Shown here piece after piece: positions 1 to 15,687 of a stretch of DNA of 64,000 nt (position 1 is the first letter of the stretch; each line of letters starts with the position of its first letter). Below the pieces are notes generated by a model. That model was not told the origin of the DNA. It saw nothing but the letters and a program-made list of their open reading frames with translations, and searched no databases. Source of the stretch: Paraspadella gotoi. Its lineage: Eukaryota > Animalia > Chaetognatha. The translations under genes were made by a program, and so were the position numbers. The stretch covers positions 13,549,833-13,613,832 of the forward strand of contig CM119270.1 in the NCBI GenBank assembly GCA_051294375.1, given 5' to 3'.

Positions 1-567
1 ACAGAGACTCTCGAAGATAGAGAGAGAGAGAGATGAGAAAGTCTTTCCCCCATTTTCCAGATTGATTTCATCAGCTTTAGGATTGAGTCTCAACACGCGA
101 GGCAGTAATTGAGTCTCTCGTCCCTCGACCATCGGAAAAATGGAACCGACTCCATTTTTGAGCGGAAAATGGATTCCCTCTCCATTTTTGAACGTTATGC
201 CCCCCCCCCCAGCCGCCCCCTTCTCCTCGAGTCGTTTCTCTTTCTCGCTCAAGGTTCGACGAAGCTACTGGGTTAACAGTTTTTTTTTTCTAGTTGTGAG
301 AACTTCACAGAATTTCACTGCTGTTTCACTAACAGTATGACTTACAAGCAGTCTTTAAACCGTACTTTTCTCTTTTATATTTCGTTTATTTTCGGTTGTA
401 TTCGTTTTACACAATATTCACAAAATATTCTATGACTCACATATCATTTGTGTCCTCTTTTCGACATCCATCTCTCTCCCCTCTCTCCCCTTCTCTCTCC
501 ACATTTCCGATGAGGCGGAAATGATGGCAGTCATCTGGAGAATTGCAAAAATTCCCAATCGCAAAAT

Positions 568-667
<100 letters not shown>

Positions 668-1253
668 CCCCGCGGGTTCATAAATTTTTCATCTCGAATT
701 TATTGTTTCTGAGTTAAAAAACTTGAGCCAGAAATAATTGTGTTTCTTCGATTCCCGATTTGTCGATTTAATTTTCTCTCAAATGGTTTTCATGTTTTAG
801 CCTCGGGAAGTCAGCTGCGGAGCTGGGCTGCGGTGCTGGGCTGCGGTGCTCTGAGGCGGTCCTGGACTGAGAAACTGCGCATGCGCAGCTGGACGTCGAT
901 TTTGGGATTGGCGTTGAAAAGCCACTTCAATTGCAGTAATGATATTGGGTTACTTTTAATTTGTCATCGATTCATGAATCGTTTGCCGTTATCCAATTAT
1001 GTAGTATTCACTTTGTATTTTTACCTCACAATTTCAAGAGTCAAGACTTTGTCAGATAGTCGGCTCCGTTCGCAAAAATCGATTTCTCCGCGCCATGTCC
1101 TTACCACGCCTACCACCCTTCCCCTTTTTTATTCTGCCATTGCCATTCTGCCATTCTGCCATTCTGCCACTAGCCCCCTCGCCATCTTCGCCACTTTCCC
1201 CTCTTCGAGCCATTGCCATCAGCCCATTGACGCCGTTCCATTTATGCGATCTT

Positions 1254-1337
1254 GTCACGTGACCGGGCGTGATTCGCCACTTCCGGTTCTTTGACGTCAG
1301 ATGCTTCTTTTTTCGGCCCTTAAAAGATGGCGGAAGC
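1254..1337. promoter_or_regulatory. Cluster of housekeeping-promoter motifs (E-box, ETS, CRE, YY1)
   Basis: GTCACGTGAC 1254-1263, CACTTCCGG 1278-1286, TGACGTCA 1292-1299, AAGATGGCGG 1324-1333. An NRF1-type TGCGCATGCGCA lies upstream at 876-887. Confidence 0.5.
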
Positions 1338-3259
1338 GTGCGGTGTCGTTTCGGGCAGCGGGTGGCGGAAGGACCGGGGGTGGGAGAGGGATAGAGCCCA
1401 GTATTACTAGGTGACGGGAAGCGTGGCTGATGGGCGTTAAAGAGAACCAAATGGGAGAGAATGCGAGGGACTTGCACGTGAGAGAGGAAAGTTCGAGGCA
1501 GAATCGTGATAGGCGAAAACATTAGCGTTCTTAACCCTCTGTTGAAGTCTAATAAGAGGGATATCAACGTTCACTTTAGTTTAAAATTTAAATACATAAT
1601 CATTTGTAAATAATCATGCTTTATTAATACATCTTTATCGCCGAATGAATGTTCGAACTAACCTTTCGCTCGACCAAACCCCCCCCCTCCAAAAATCGGT
1701 CCTTTTTCCACATCAGGTTCATCAAAACGGCGTTGTCTCCCGCCTTCGCTCTAAAAACGAGGCCATTTCTAAGAAATGGTCGGAATCCTGTCGCGCATAT
1801 TTTTTGTCGGAAGGAAAAGGAAAAAAAAAACCATGAAGATAAATGGACGCACGGATATAAAAAAAAAANNNNNNNNNNNNNNNNNNNNNNNNNNNNNNNN
1901 NNNNNNNNNNNNNNNNNNNNNNNNNNNNNNNNNNNNNNNNNNNNNNNNNNNNNNNNNNNNNNNNNNNNNNNNNNNNNNNNNNNNNNNNNNNNNNNNNNNN
2001 NNNNNNNNNNNNNNNNNNNNNNNNNNNNNNNNNNNNNNNNNNNNNNNNNNNNNNNNNNNNNNNNNNNNNNNNNNNNNNNNNNNNNNNNNNNNNNNNNNNN
2101 NNNNNNNNNNNNNNNNNNNNNNNNNGATTGCGTTACGTGGTTAGTTTGGTCAGAGATTGGAGAGTCGAGGGCAATTGTCAATAATGGACGACAAGAAAGG
2201 AGGTAAAGATTTTTTTTTGTTTTTACGCGTGAAACGGTTAAGTTTATAATTCTGATCGATTTGGGAATAAGACAATCTTTAACTCGCTTTGTGGACCCTA
2301 AAAAGATGGAGAAGCTAATGAGAAAGTGCATCGCTTTAAATTAAATAGATCCAGTGAGGGTAAAACTATAAGAATCGAATAAAAAGTGAGGGCTAACGTT
2401 GCGTTGGCCTTAAGAAAAGTGAAAGTAGAATAAGTTTCACCCATAAATGCAGGAGTGAAATTCCGAACACGTCCCTCCACTCCCCTCTTCTCAAAAAAAT
2501 GGTTTTCAGCTGTTTTTTGATCCCGAGGAAACTCGAGGCTTCGACCTTTTTGGGGTTAAACGCCGATGGTCCAAGTCGAAAACCGGAAAATGAATCAAAG
2601 GCGTCGGGAAGATCGAAAAGAAAGGAAAAAAAGGAATTTTAGTTAGCATGTTTTAAATAATTTTTAAAATTTAAGTAAAAATTGAAAATTGAAAGTGAAA
2701 ATGCAACATTTGATGGAGAGAGAGAGANNNNNNNNNNNNNNNNNNNNNNNNNNNNNNNNNNNNNNNNNNNNNNNNNNNNNNNNNNNNNNNNNNNNNNNNN
2801 NNNNNNNNNNNNNNNNNNNNNNNNNNNNNNNNNNNNNNNNNNNNNNNNNNNNNNNNNNNNNNNNNNNNNNNNNNNNNNNNNNNNNNNNNNNNNNNNNNNN
2901 NNNNNNNNNNNNNNNNNNNNNNNNNNNNNNNNNNNNNNNNNNNNNNNNNNNNNNNNNNNNNCTTTTATATTTATGGAGACCCGATGTGAAGGCGCCTTGG
3001 TGTTTGAAAGGTCGCAAATAGCGCAGCGGCCTTTCGCCATGGTGTGCGTTTTGATCTCACGCTGCGTCTATTGAAATCTATGATTGTGACATCGGGAAAT
3101 TCACAATAAAGTATAATTNNNNNNNNNNNNNNNNNNNNNNNNNAAAATTTCCAAACCAATAAAGTTATAATTTGAAACAAATTCAAAAAAAAATTTTACG
3201 AATTGAAATTCTAAGTTTAAGAAGTACTCTCTCGTCTCTCTCTCTTCTTCTCTCTCTCG

Positions 3260-3290
<31 letters not shown>

Positions 3291-5831
3291 TCTCGAGTCG
3301 CAAATCTTTTCCAATTTTGCTTTCAGTTCGAGGGGATTTGAGGACCTTAAGTTTAAGTTCTAAAAAAGGAGGATTTGCGAAGTTTGGGTGAAAGAAGAAT
3401 ACTACACTTCTATGTTCTATATATCTTTTTGATGTCTTCGACGGGTTTTTTTTTCTTTTCTTTTTCTCTGTCACGTCCTCTCTCTCTCTTTTCTCTCTCT
3501 CTTTCTCGTCTCTGCTCTCTCTCTCTCTCTCTCTCTCTTCCTCTCTCTCTCTCATCTCTCTCTCTCTCTCCTGCTCTCTCCTTTCCTTTCAGCAAAAAGT
3601 TTTTTCCCCTCTCTCTCTCTTTCTCTCTCCTGTCTCCCCTCTCTCTCTCTCTTCTTCTCTCCTCTCTCTCCCTCTCCCTTCTCTCTCCCTCTCTCTCTCC
3701 CCCCTTCCCTTCTCCAACAGTACTCTTCTGTCTCAGTAAAAGGCCTCTCTTCCTTTTTCTCGCTTTGATATTCATCAACTCCGTTTTTTGTTTGTTTATT
3801 CTGTGTTTGGTTGTTTTTTTTTAGGGGGGTTTGGGTTTTTTTTTTTGTTTTTCAACCCAACGATTTTTGTCGACGTCAAAACAGTTTACATTCGACGCCC
3901 GTCGCTTCGAGACTCGTAACTCTTTCTTTTCTTTTTTTTTCAGGCCAGAGTTCGTTAAAATCTCGCACTGAATATTATTATCCTTCCTCCGTTTTAGGAA
4001 AATTTATGAATAGTTTTCGTCGTCGTAGTCGCCCTCGTTCCGTTGTCGTCGTCGTCATCGTCGTCGTCGTCGTCCCTTTTTCTTCCTATTCTTTCACGTT
4101 TGTGTTCACTATACGTGTGTTTGTTTCGAAACGATTAGCTTAAACGGAGGGAAAACACGTAACAACAACAACATTAAATATACGATAAAAACAACAAAGA
4201 GGAAAAACAAAATTCGTTTAATCTCCTCTATGTTTCTGAATAAATAAAGCGCGGGGGTCGTGCGAGGTCAAAGGTCGCGCGTTCGATCCCGCGACCATCC
4301 GTATTTTTTTTTTCTTTCGTGACATAAATTTTAGTATCTCTTGCTCGGTCTTGCCCTCTGGCCGCTAGGGGATATACAGACTGAGAGAGCTGAGGTTTCC
4401 CAGCGACATCGACAACGTCGTCATAGTCTATGTCATAGAAATGAAATAAAACGTATCAAACTAAATCGGAAATAAAGACTATGACGTTATAAATATATTT
4501 GTTGAAAACTTGAAACAAATCTTAAATCGTATCGACGACTATGACGTCATGACTCGTTTCCTCGGGTGACGCTTGCCGACATTCGCCGACATTCGCCGAC
4601 GGGCGTCGGCAGTCGCGCCCCATAAAATTTCGCCCCATAAATTGACGCAAACATCCTTTCGACTTTCGCGACTCGCGGTCGTCGTCGACGTCGTCGTCGT
4701 TGTTGTTGTCGTTATCGTCCTCCCAAAGAAAGTCGGAAACCTGAGGACGACGACGACGACGACGACGACGACGACCATGATGATTGATGATATGATTACG
4801 TTTTCATCTTCATCTCGACGTTGAAGAAAGATCAATGGTGTTTCTTCTCCTTCCATTTTCTACGATTCTTCACTTTTTCCCAGCGTACGATTTTACTGGA
4901 TTCCAGTAAAAATGCAATTCTTTTCGAAATGTCTTTCTGCAATGGTCATTTAGAACATATCAATCTGTCCGTTATTTGAACGGATAAAAATTAATAATAA
5001 AAGGTTTTAAAAATTCTTGTGGCATTTTTTCTGCTTTTCAGGATTTCATAAAGGGAGCTCGTGCCGATGAGTCTCTAAAGATTTTTTTTCAAGAAAATAA
5101 TATTACAGAAGTTACTTATTTCTTAAGCACGAAGTGTACTTGACGTACTTTTAAGCGCTATCCTCATTTCACAACCAAATATTTTTTCAATATTGCAAAT
5201 AAAAAGGATCGAAATTAGTTGTAAATTAAACGTCACTTCGAGCACTTAATCTCTGATTACTGAAGTATAAAAGGCAAATACAACGATCTTACTAAAAAGA
5301 CCGTTATTGAAACGTCGGACTTTCAAACACTAAGAGTCGAGTATCAAAAGATTGAAGAATCCGCCTGTTTACATCATCAAAGAGTTTATGACGCGGAAAA
5401 AAGTAGTCCCACTTTACTCAATCTTACTCATCTCTAATCCCCATCTCTCCTGGGTTTTATCCCCTTTTTTTTTCTCCCTCCTCGCCCCGTCCCCATTTTA
5501 GCTCTCTCCATAAGGGTATCCCGTTATCTATTCCAACCTTATCCCTTCCCCATTATTTATTTTTCTTTCTCTTCCCCCTCCTCTTCTTTCCCTTCCTCAT
5601 CCCCCACTGCTTCTCCTTAAACCCTTCCTTTTTCCCCCTTCTCCCTTTCCTTATTTTTCCCTTTCTTTTCTTTTTCCTCCTTCCTCCTTTCTATCACTTC
5701 TACCTCCACGCTCCCACCCCCCCTTTCTCGCCGTTCCGGTACCGAAGACCTGAGATCCAAGAATCTGAAGAATAAAAGAGAAGAAGTCGGGCGGAAGAAA
5801 TGGAAAAGGGAGGAAAGAAGGGGAATTTGAG

Positions 5832-6000
5832 CGGAGGAAAGGGAGGAAAAGGGGATGTTGGGAGGAGGAAAGGGAGGAAAGAGAATGTTGAGAGAAGGAA
5901 AGGGAGGAAAGAGAATGTTGAGAGAAGGAAAGGGAGGAAAGAGAATGTTGAGAGAAGGAAAGGGAGGAAAGAGGATGTTGAGAGGGGGTAAGGGAGGAAT
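5832..6000 (+). repeat. 30-bp purine-rich minisatellite, ~5 copies
   Basis: Unit GAGAATGTTGAGAGAAGGAAAGGGAGGAAA. Confidence 0.85.
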
Positions 6001-6513
6001 GAAAGAGAATTTTGAGTGTTGGATTTTTAGTGGTTAAAGGAAAGGAAGAAAGGAAAAAGAAAGATTAAAATGGAAAAGGGATTTTGAATGAAGAAAAAAA
6101 AAGGTATTTTGAAAAGTAAAATGAAGAGAAGGAAACTTGAAAGTAAAAGCTTTTGATTTTGAGTGTTACTTTGAATCTGGGTGAATATAAAAGAGAGAAT
6201 TTTGAGAAAAACAGAAAAATAATGTGAAGTGAAAAAAAATCCTTAGACTGTCGATTATCGATGTTTTGTCGAAAGAATCGGTAAAGATATCAGGACGCCT
6301 TTTTGTTATACTTCAGTGGCGTGTTTGAAACGCTAGTTCAAAGTCAGTCTTTGGCTTTGGCTTTGGCTTGGTGGTAATGCGTTTATTCATCGCCACACTG
6401 TTTGTGATTGTGTTCGTTGTCGTCGTCGTCTTCATACTCTTTCATCAGACGTCGCCCGATTGTGTGTTTGTCCTGACGACTTAACGACTTTTGCGGGAAT
6501 GAAGTGACGACAC

Positions 6514-6560
<47 letters not shown>

Positions 6561-7246
6561 ATAAAGCCGTTAATGACGAGAGAAGGTCGTTAACTCCCAC
6601 TTTGATTAGATGACGTTTGTAACTCGAACGAAACCGAGAAAGTTAACAATAAAGATGTGGAGTAATGAAAGAATTGAGATAAATTTAAAAAATGTCACAT
6701 ATTGTATTTTTTTCAACCTAGGCCAATTATAAAATTATTTAATTTAAAATTATTGCTAATAAGGTCGCGTTGCTATCCTAATTCATGCAAATGTCATCAC
6801 ATTCCTCTCGAATGTCAATCGGTCTCCCTCGCGAAAAAATGTCATGCAAATGTCATTACATTCCCTGCGATAAAGTCTTTTCATGCAAATGTCATTACAT
6901 CCTTCCAACCTCGATTGGTACATCACAATTCTAATGGAAGTCGGTGACTCTCTTGCGAGAGATTCTCGGAAACCTTGGACGTTGGAACTTGGAAGAAGAA
7001 AAAATTAATTCCTTGAGTCTCAGTTTCGGAACTCGGGAATTCCATTGGTCTTTCTCTTTCTTTTTAGTCTTAAAAGTGTTGCTATGAAAGGGAAATCTTA
7101 TGTATGTAAAGTTAGGTAGATAAAGTAAATAAAGTAGATAATGTTNNNNNNNNNNNNNNNNNNNNNNNNNAGAGTATGTAAATAAATGTAGATTAAGTTT
7201 ATTTTATTCAGGCCCATATCTGGATATAGTGGGGGGGCATGTAGTC

Positions 7247-7625
7247 GGCATTGCATAAGTTCACCCCGCCTATAAGCATGACACCTTCAGTCGGTGACCC
7301 GTGGCTCATTGAGTAAACCATCAGCTCATGACCTACTAGGTACCGGGTTCATTCCCAACCCGTTCCATGGCTGCTAGAGGGGTTAAAGAGTTTGCGGATA
7401 GTACTCTTTCAGCCCCACTTAGCGCTTTATCCACACCGGTGAGCCCATCCTGTCGAGCGTATTCGAACATTCTGATTCCACGGCCCATGGAATTGCTGAA
7501 GACTTGCTCCCTCCCTCCACTGGCAGCAGTGCAGGGTGGGTTACAATCTGGGCGTGAGGTGGGCATTGCATAAGTTCACCCCGCCTATAAGCATGAACCT
7601 TCAGTCGTGACCCGGTGGCTCATTG
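7247..7625. mobile_element. GC-rich structured unit (~315 bp period) with ~65 bp terminal direct repeats; TRIM/retrozyme-like
   Basis: Direct repeats at 7247-7311 and 7562-7625 (GGCATTGCATAAGTTCACCCCGCCTATAAGCATG..GGCTCATTG) with many internal stems. The same arrangement recurs at ~12124-12519 inside the duplicated block. Confidence 0.5.
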
Positions 7626-8086
7626 GCCAGACGAAAAAGTCGTTTCCTCATTCTGATCCTTTTCCAGATGTTACAATGAACATGTTCGGGGCCTCAGGTG
7701 CGAGATCGCTCCCCCAAATTTGAAATTCCATCTATTGAGTCGAAGCGGAGACCGAATGAATCGGAAATTCGAATGGAACCGGCGACGGATTGGATGGCGG
7801 CGGCGGCGGCGGCGGTGGCTGGCGCGGCGGCGGCGGCAGGGGAAGGCGAAGAGGAGTTGGGGTTCGGGGTTTTGCGGCTGAAATAAGGCGAACGTAAAAA
7901 CGAGGGCGGCAGTGCGATACGGTATCGGGGTGCGGTCGTGGGCTTACTGACGCCGCTGCCGCCTGCCGCTGCCGCCGCCGCCGACTCGTTCGCCATCTGC
8001 TCGCCGTCGCTACATTGGCTCCTAACATCGTTTTAAACGGGACGTTAGAATACAAACTGCCAAAACAAAAGACTCTCTCTCTCTCT

Positions 8087-8123
<37 letters not shown>

Positions 8124-8303
8124 TTGTCTCTTTAAAATGTCTCTTATGGAAACCTTAAGTCTATACAATTATACAGGCCATTGATTTCTTTACTATTTTT
8201 TTTCCGGTGAGATATTGCAAATGTAAGATTTTATTGACGACAATCATAAGCATTGGTAACAATGTAAGCATTGTGCGAAATTGTAAGGCTTCAAACTCTC
8301 TCT

Positions 8304-8861
8304 CAGTCGTGACCCGGTGGCTCATTGGCCAGACGAAAAAGTCGTTTCCTCATTCTGATCCTTTTCCAGATTGTACAATGAACATTGGTCTCGGGGCCTC
8401 AGGTGCGAGATCGCATCTCCTCCCAAATTTGAAAGTTCCATCTATTGAGTCGAAGCGGAGACCGAATGGAATCGGAAATTCGAATGGAACCGGCGACGAT
8501 TGGGATGGCGGCGGCGGCGGCGGCGACGGTGGCCGTGGCGGCGNNNNNNNNNNNNNNNNNNNNNNNNNNNNNNNNNNNNNNNNNNNNNNNNNNNNNNNNN
8601 NNNNNNNNNNNNNNNNNNNNNNNNNNNNNNNNNNNNNNNNNNNNNNNNNNNNNNNNNNNNNNNNNNNNNNNNNNNNNNNNNNNNNNNNNNNNNNNNNNNN
8701 NNNNNNNNNNNNNNNNNNNNNNNNNNNNNNNNNNNNNNNNNNNNNNNNNNNNNCCGCTGCCGCTGCCGCCGCCGCCGACTCGTTCGCCATCTGCTCGCCG
8801 TCGTACATTGGCTCCAAAACATCGTTTAAACGGGACGTAGAATACAAACTGCCAAACAAAA

Positions 8862-8915
<54 letters not shown>

Positions 8916-9070
8916 TTGTCTCTTTAAATGTCTCTCTATGAAACCTTACAGTCTATACAATTTTATACAGGCCATTGATTTCTTTACTATTTTTTCTCGG
9001 TGAGAATTGGCAAATGTAAGAATTGACGACAATATAAGCATGTAACAATGTAAGCATTGTGCGACAATTG
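8304..9070 (+). repeat. Tandem duplicate of ~7600-8290
   Basis: Same sequence order (TCAGTCGTGACCCGGTGG...GCATTGTGCGA.AATTGTAAGG) with small indels. Confidence 0.8.
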
Positions 9071-9539
9071 TAAGGATTGTAACAATTGTTCTCCGAGTCT
9101 CCAAAACCTTTTTTCTTCGCCTGACCGAAATCGTTCTGTTCCATTAGGCGCGGCTGAGTGAGGTCTTTGTTTACCGCACGCACATTCTTGTTTAGTACAT
9201 ATATATTAAACAATACACCTTAACCAACCGGTTTTGGTCGATGCTTAATATTGCTTATACTTTCCAGTATATATAGTTTGTATACATTGTGATATATGAC
9301 AATGTATACCAACTATACAGTCTACATATCCGGCAGTGGCCACGACTAAGTCATTACAAGAACGACGACGAAAATTCCGACGAATATTAACAAAATCATG
9401 AACGCGTTGGCGACGACGACGATAACGACGATGAAGACGACGACGACGAAGATGCGTTTTTGATCGACGAGGTTATTAGCTTTTCGAGAGTTTGACCTGT
9501 TGCCAAGGGACGCAAGGTTTTCAGAGGGGCGTACGAGAA

Positions 9540-9610
<71 letters not shown>

Positions 9611-10070
9611 AGAAGAGGAGAGAGAGAGAGAGGGCACCTGGATTCCCGACCGATAATCTTCTCCGGCTGCTGGGCTCAGGAGGGAAAGTGGGGCGTCGGG
9701 TGGGGAATGCAGGGTGAGGTCAGTTCGACGAAGAAAAAGTAGGGTTGGACGGGTGAATTAGGTGTGATTGGTAACTGATTGAAAAACGGGAGGAGATTGA
9801 AATCGGAGATTCTGGTCCGACGAGCTTGATAAGGAAAGAGAGATTGAGTTGAATGTTTCCAAGAGGAAAATATGGGACGAGGTGGATTCGGGAGGAAAGA
9901 GAATAAATAGAGAGGTTGAATGACGGAGAAGAGGAAGAGATAAGAAATAGATAAGAAATAGAGAAGTCGAAACGGGTGGATGAGGGGACGAGGATGATGA
10001 GCGGTTGAGATCGAAATTCGATGTGATGGATTCGATTCGGAACAANNNNNNNNNNNNNNNNNNNNNNNNN

Positions 10071-13087
<3,017 letters not shown>

Positions 13088-13482
13088 CAAGTATGACCGC
13101 CGTCCATAAGGCGCAGTTTGAACTGCCTATAAGGGGACAGTTTGAACTGCGCCTCTTTCTGTTCACGAAAACTGTCTTTCTTTCTCTGTTTTGGGGAATT
13201 CCCCCCACTATTTTTTACGGGGATCACTGTTTGAAGCCCTCTGGCCTTATCCCATGGCGGGAATCCCGCCAATATTTTTGATGGGGATTAACGTTTGAAG
13301 CCCTATCCCCGCCACAAATCACGAGATCTGTTCATCATGGGGAGTCCTTGTTATAAAAATATTTTAATTGATCCTATTTAAAATAAATAATTTATTTGCA
13401 TTTAGATTCATTCCTAAACCCTCTATTTTATTTTATCTCTCTCTCATCTCTGTCTACCTTTCTCTTTTTCTTTTTCTATTTT

Positions 13483-13538
<56 letters not shown>

Positions 13539-14956
13539 ATCTCTCTCTCTTTCTCACTCTATTTCTTTTTTTTCTATTTTTAGCTCTCTCTTACTTTCTC
13601 TCTCACTCTCTCTCTCTCTTTCTACCTCTCTCTCTTTTTTTATTTTCATATATATCTTTCTCTCTCTGTCTCAGTCTCTCTTTCTCTCTCTTTGTATCTC
13701 TATTTCTATCTCTTTCTCACTCTATTTAATTTTTTTCTATTCTTATCTCTCTCTCACTTTCTTTCTCTCTCTCTGTCTACTGAAGCATAGCAAAAATATA
13801 AAAATCAAGTGAAATCAAAATTCGAATAGTAGATCACGAACGATCACGAACACCTGTGAACATTTTTAAAATAAAAAAAATAAAATTTTTATTTTTTCAA
13901 TTTTTGCATACGCCCATATTTATACATAGTACTCCACCATAGAAAATGTCAAAATTTTAAATGTTTTTTTCTTATTTTTAAAAGCAGATTCGAATTCCTC
14001 ACTAAAAGTTGATATAAGGAATTTAACCTTTTTTAAAAAATGATTTATTAAGTGGGTCAAAATCAATCAATCAATCAATCAATCAGAGAGAGATAGAGAG
14101 AGGGAATCTTTGAAAAATTCAAATAAATGTGTCTTTTGGTTTTCTACTTTAAAACTCTTTTCCATTCCTACGATTCCATCAAAAAATTTTATCCAGCTTA
14201 ATCACATACTTTCTTGCCCATACACAAAATTTCATTTCAATTTATCTTTCCAATTTTTAATAAATATAATAATTATATTAAATATAAGTGGGACCTATAT
14301 CGAGACTCTGATCATCGAAACCCGGATGCCGCTGCGAGAGAGAAAGAGTAAAGAGAAGAAGAAGAGAAGAGAATGACCCGTCGGGGTCAGGTTCGAGTCA
14401 GGTCCGCGACCTGAGCCGCGGACGAAGAGAACAATAGACCCATAGCCGGAAAACCGTTGAAAGAGCAACATTGGATCCGCGGATATATATATAACAACTA
14501 AATTAAATTAAAATAAAAACAAAACAGAATAACCACCTAATCAATAATAACAATTATCAATTAATAATAATTAGTAATTTTTCTTTCTTTTTTTCCTTCT
14601 TTCTTTATTTTTTTCATTTTTTTTTATATCTTTCTTTTTGTCTTTCTCTTTTCTTACTTTTTCTGTCATTAATATTTTCTGTTAGTAATTAAAAATATAT
14701 TAAAAATAAGGAACTTTTGAGAGAGAAGAGAAACAGAAAGAGAGTGAAAAGAGAGAGAAGAGAGAGAGAGACAGAGTGAGAGAGAGAGAGAGAGTGGGCC
14801 ATTTTCTCGTCCCGTCATGAATTGGGGCGGGGATTTGCCGGGATGATATCCCGGCGAAGGCCGCCGTGGGCGTAGTTGCGGTGAACTATAGTTAGCTTCC
14901 CTGAAACTCGCGCAAGTTTGACAGTTTTAAACTGCAATGAATTGGCCCGCGTAATA

Positions 14957-15643
14957 TCTCTCTCTCTCTCTCCTCTCTTTCCCATTGTCTCTTTAAATGT
15001 CTCTCTATGAATCCTTACAGTCTATACAATTTTTATACAGACCATTGATTTCTTTACTATTTTTTCTCGGTGAGAATTGGCAAATGTAAGAATGACGACA
15101 ATATAAGCATGTCACAATGTAAGCATTGTGCGACAATTGTAAGGATTGTAACAATTGTTCTCCGAGTCTCCAAAACCTTTTTTCTTCGCCTGACCGAAAT
15201 CGTTCTGTTTCCATTTAGGCGCGGCTGAGTGAGGTCTTTGTTTTACCGCACGCACATTCTTGTTTAGTACATATATATTAAACAATACACCTTAACCAAC
15301 CGGTTTTGGTCGATGCTTAATATTGCTTATACTTTCCAGTATATATAGTTTTGTATACATTGTGATATATGACAATGTATATCCAACTATACAGTCTCAT
15401 ATCCGGCAGTGGCCACGACTAAGTCATTACAGAAAACGAACGAACGAAAATTCCGACGAATATTAACAAAAATCATGACGCGTTGGCGACGACGACGATA
15501 ACGACGATGAAGACGACGACGACGAAGATGCGTTTTTGATCGACGAGGTAATTAGGCTTTTCGAGAGTTTGACTACTGTTGCCAAAGGGACGCAAAAGGT
15601 TTTCAGAGGGGCGTACGAGAAGAGAGAAGAGAGAGAAGAGATC

Positions 15644-15687
<44 letters not shown>

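Noticed and set aside
4250-4310. tRNA gene from a GTTCGATCCC B-box (similar minus-strand boxes near 56120 and 61810)
   Set aside because: There is no cloverleaf or A-box; at most these are SINE remnants.
7490-7625. Hammerhead (CTGAAGA at ~7496) or HDV-like fold in the 315-nt unit
   Set aside because: No GAAA follows the hairpin. The HDV fit lacks a P2 partner and a proper L3 and J4/2.
8953-9500. Possible membrane-protein/GPCR exon on the minus strand
   Set aside because: The hydrophobic stretch derives from (GAC)n repeats, the frames are inconsistent between the duplicate copies, and no family motif is present.
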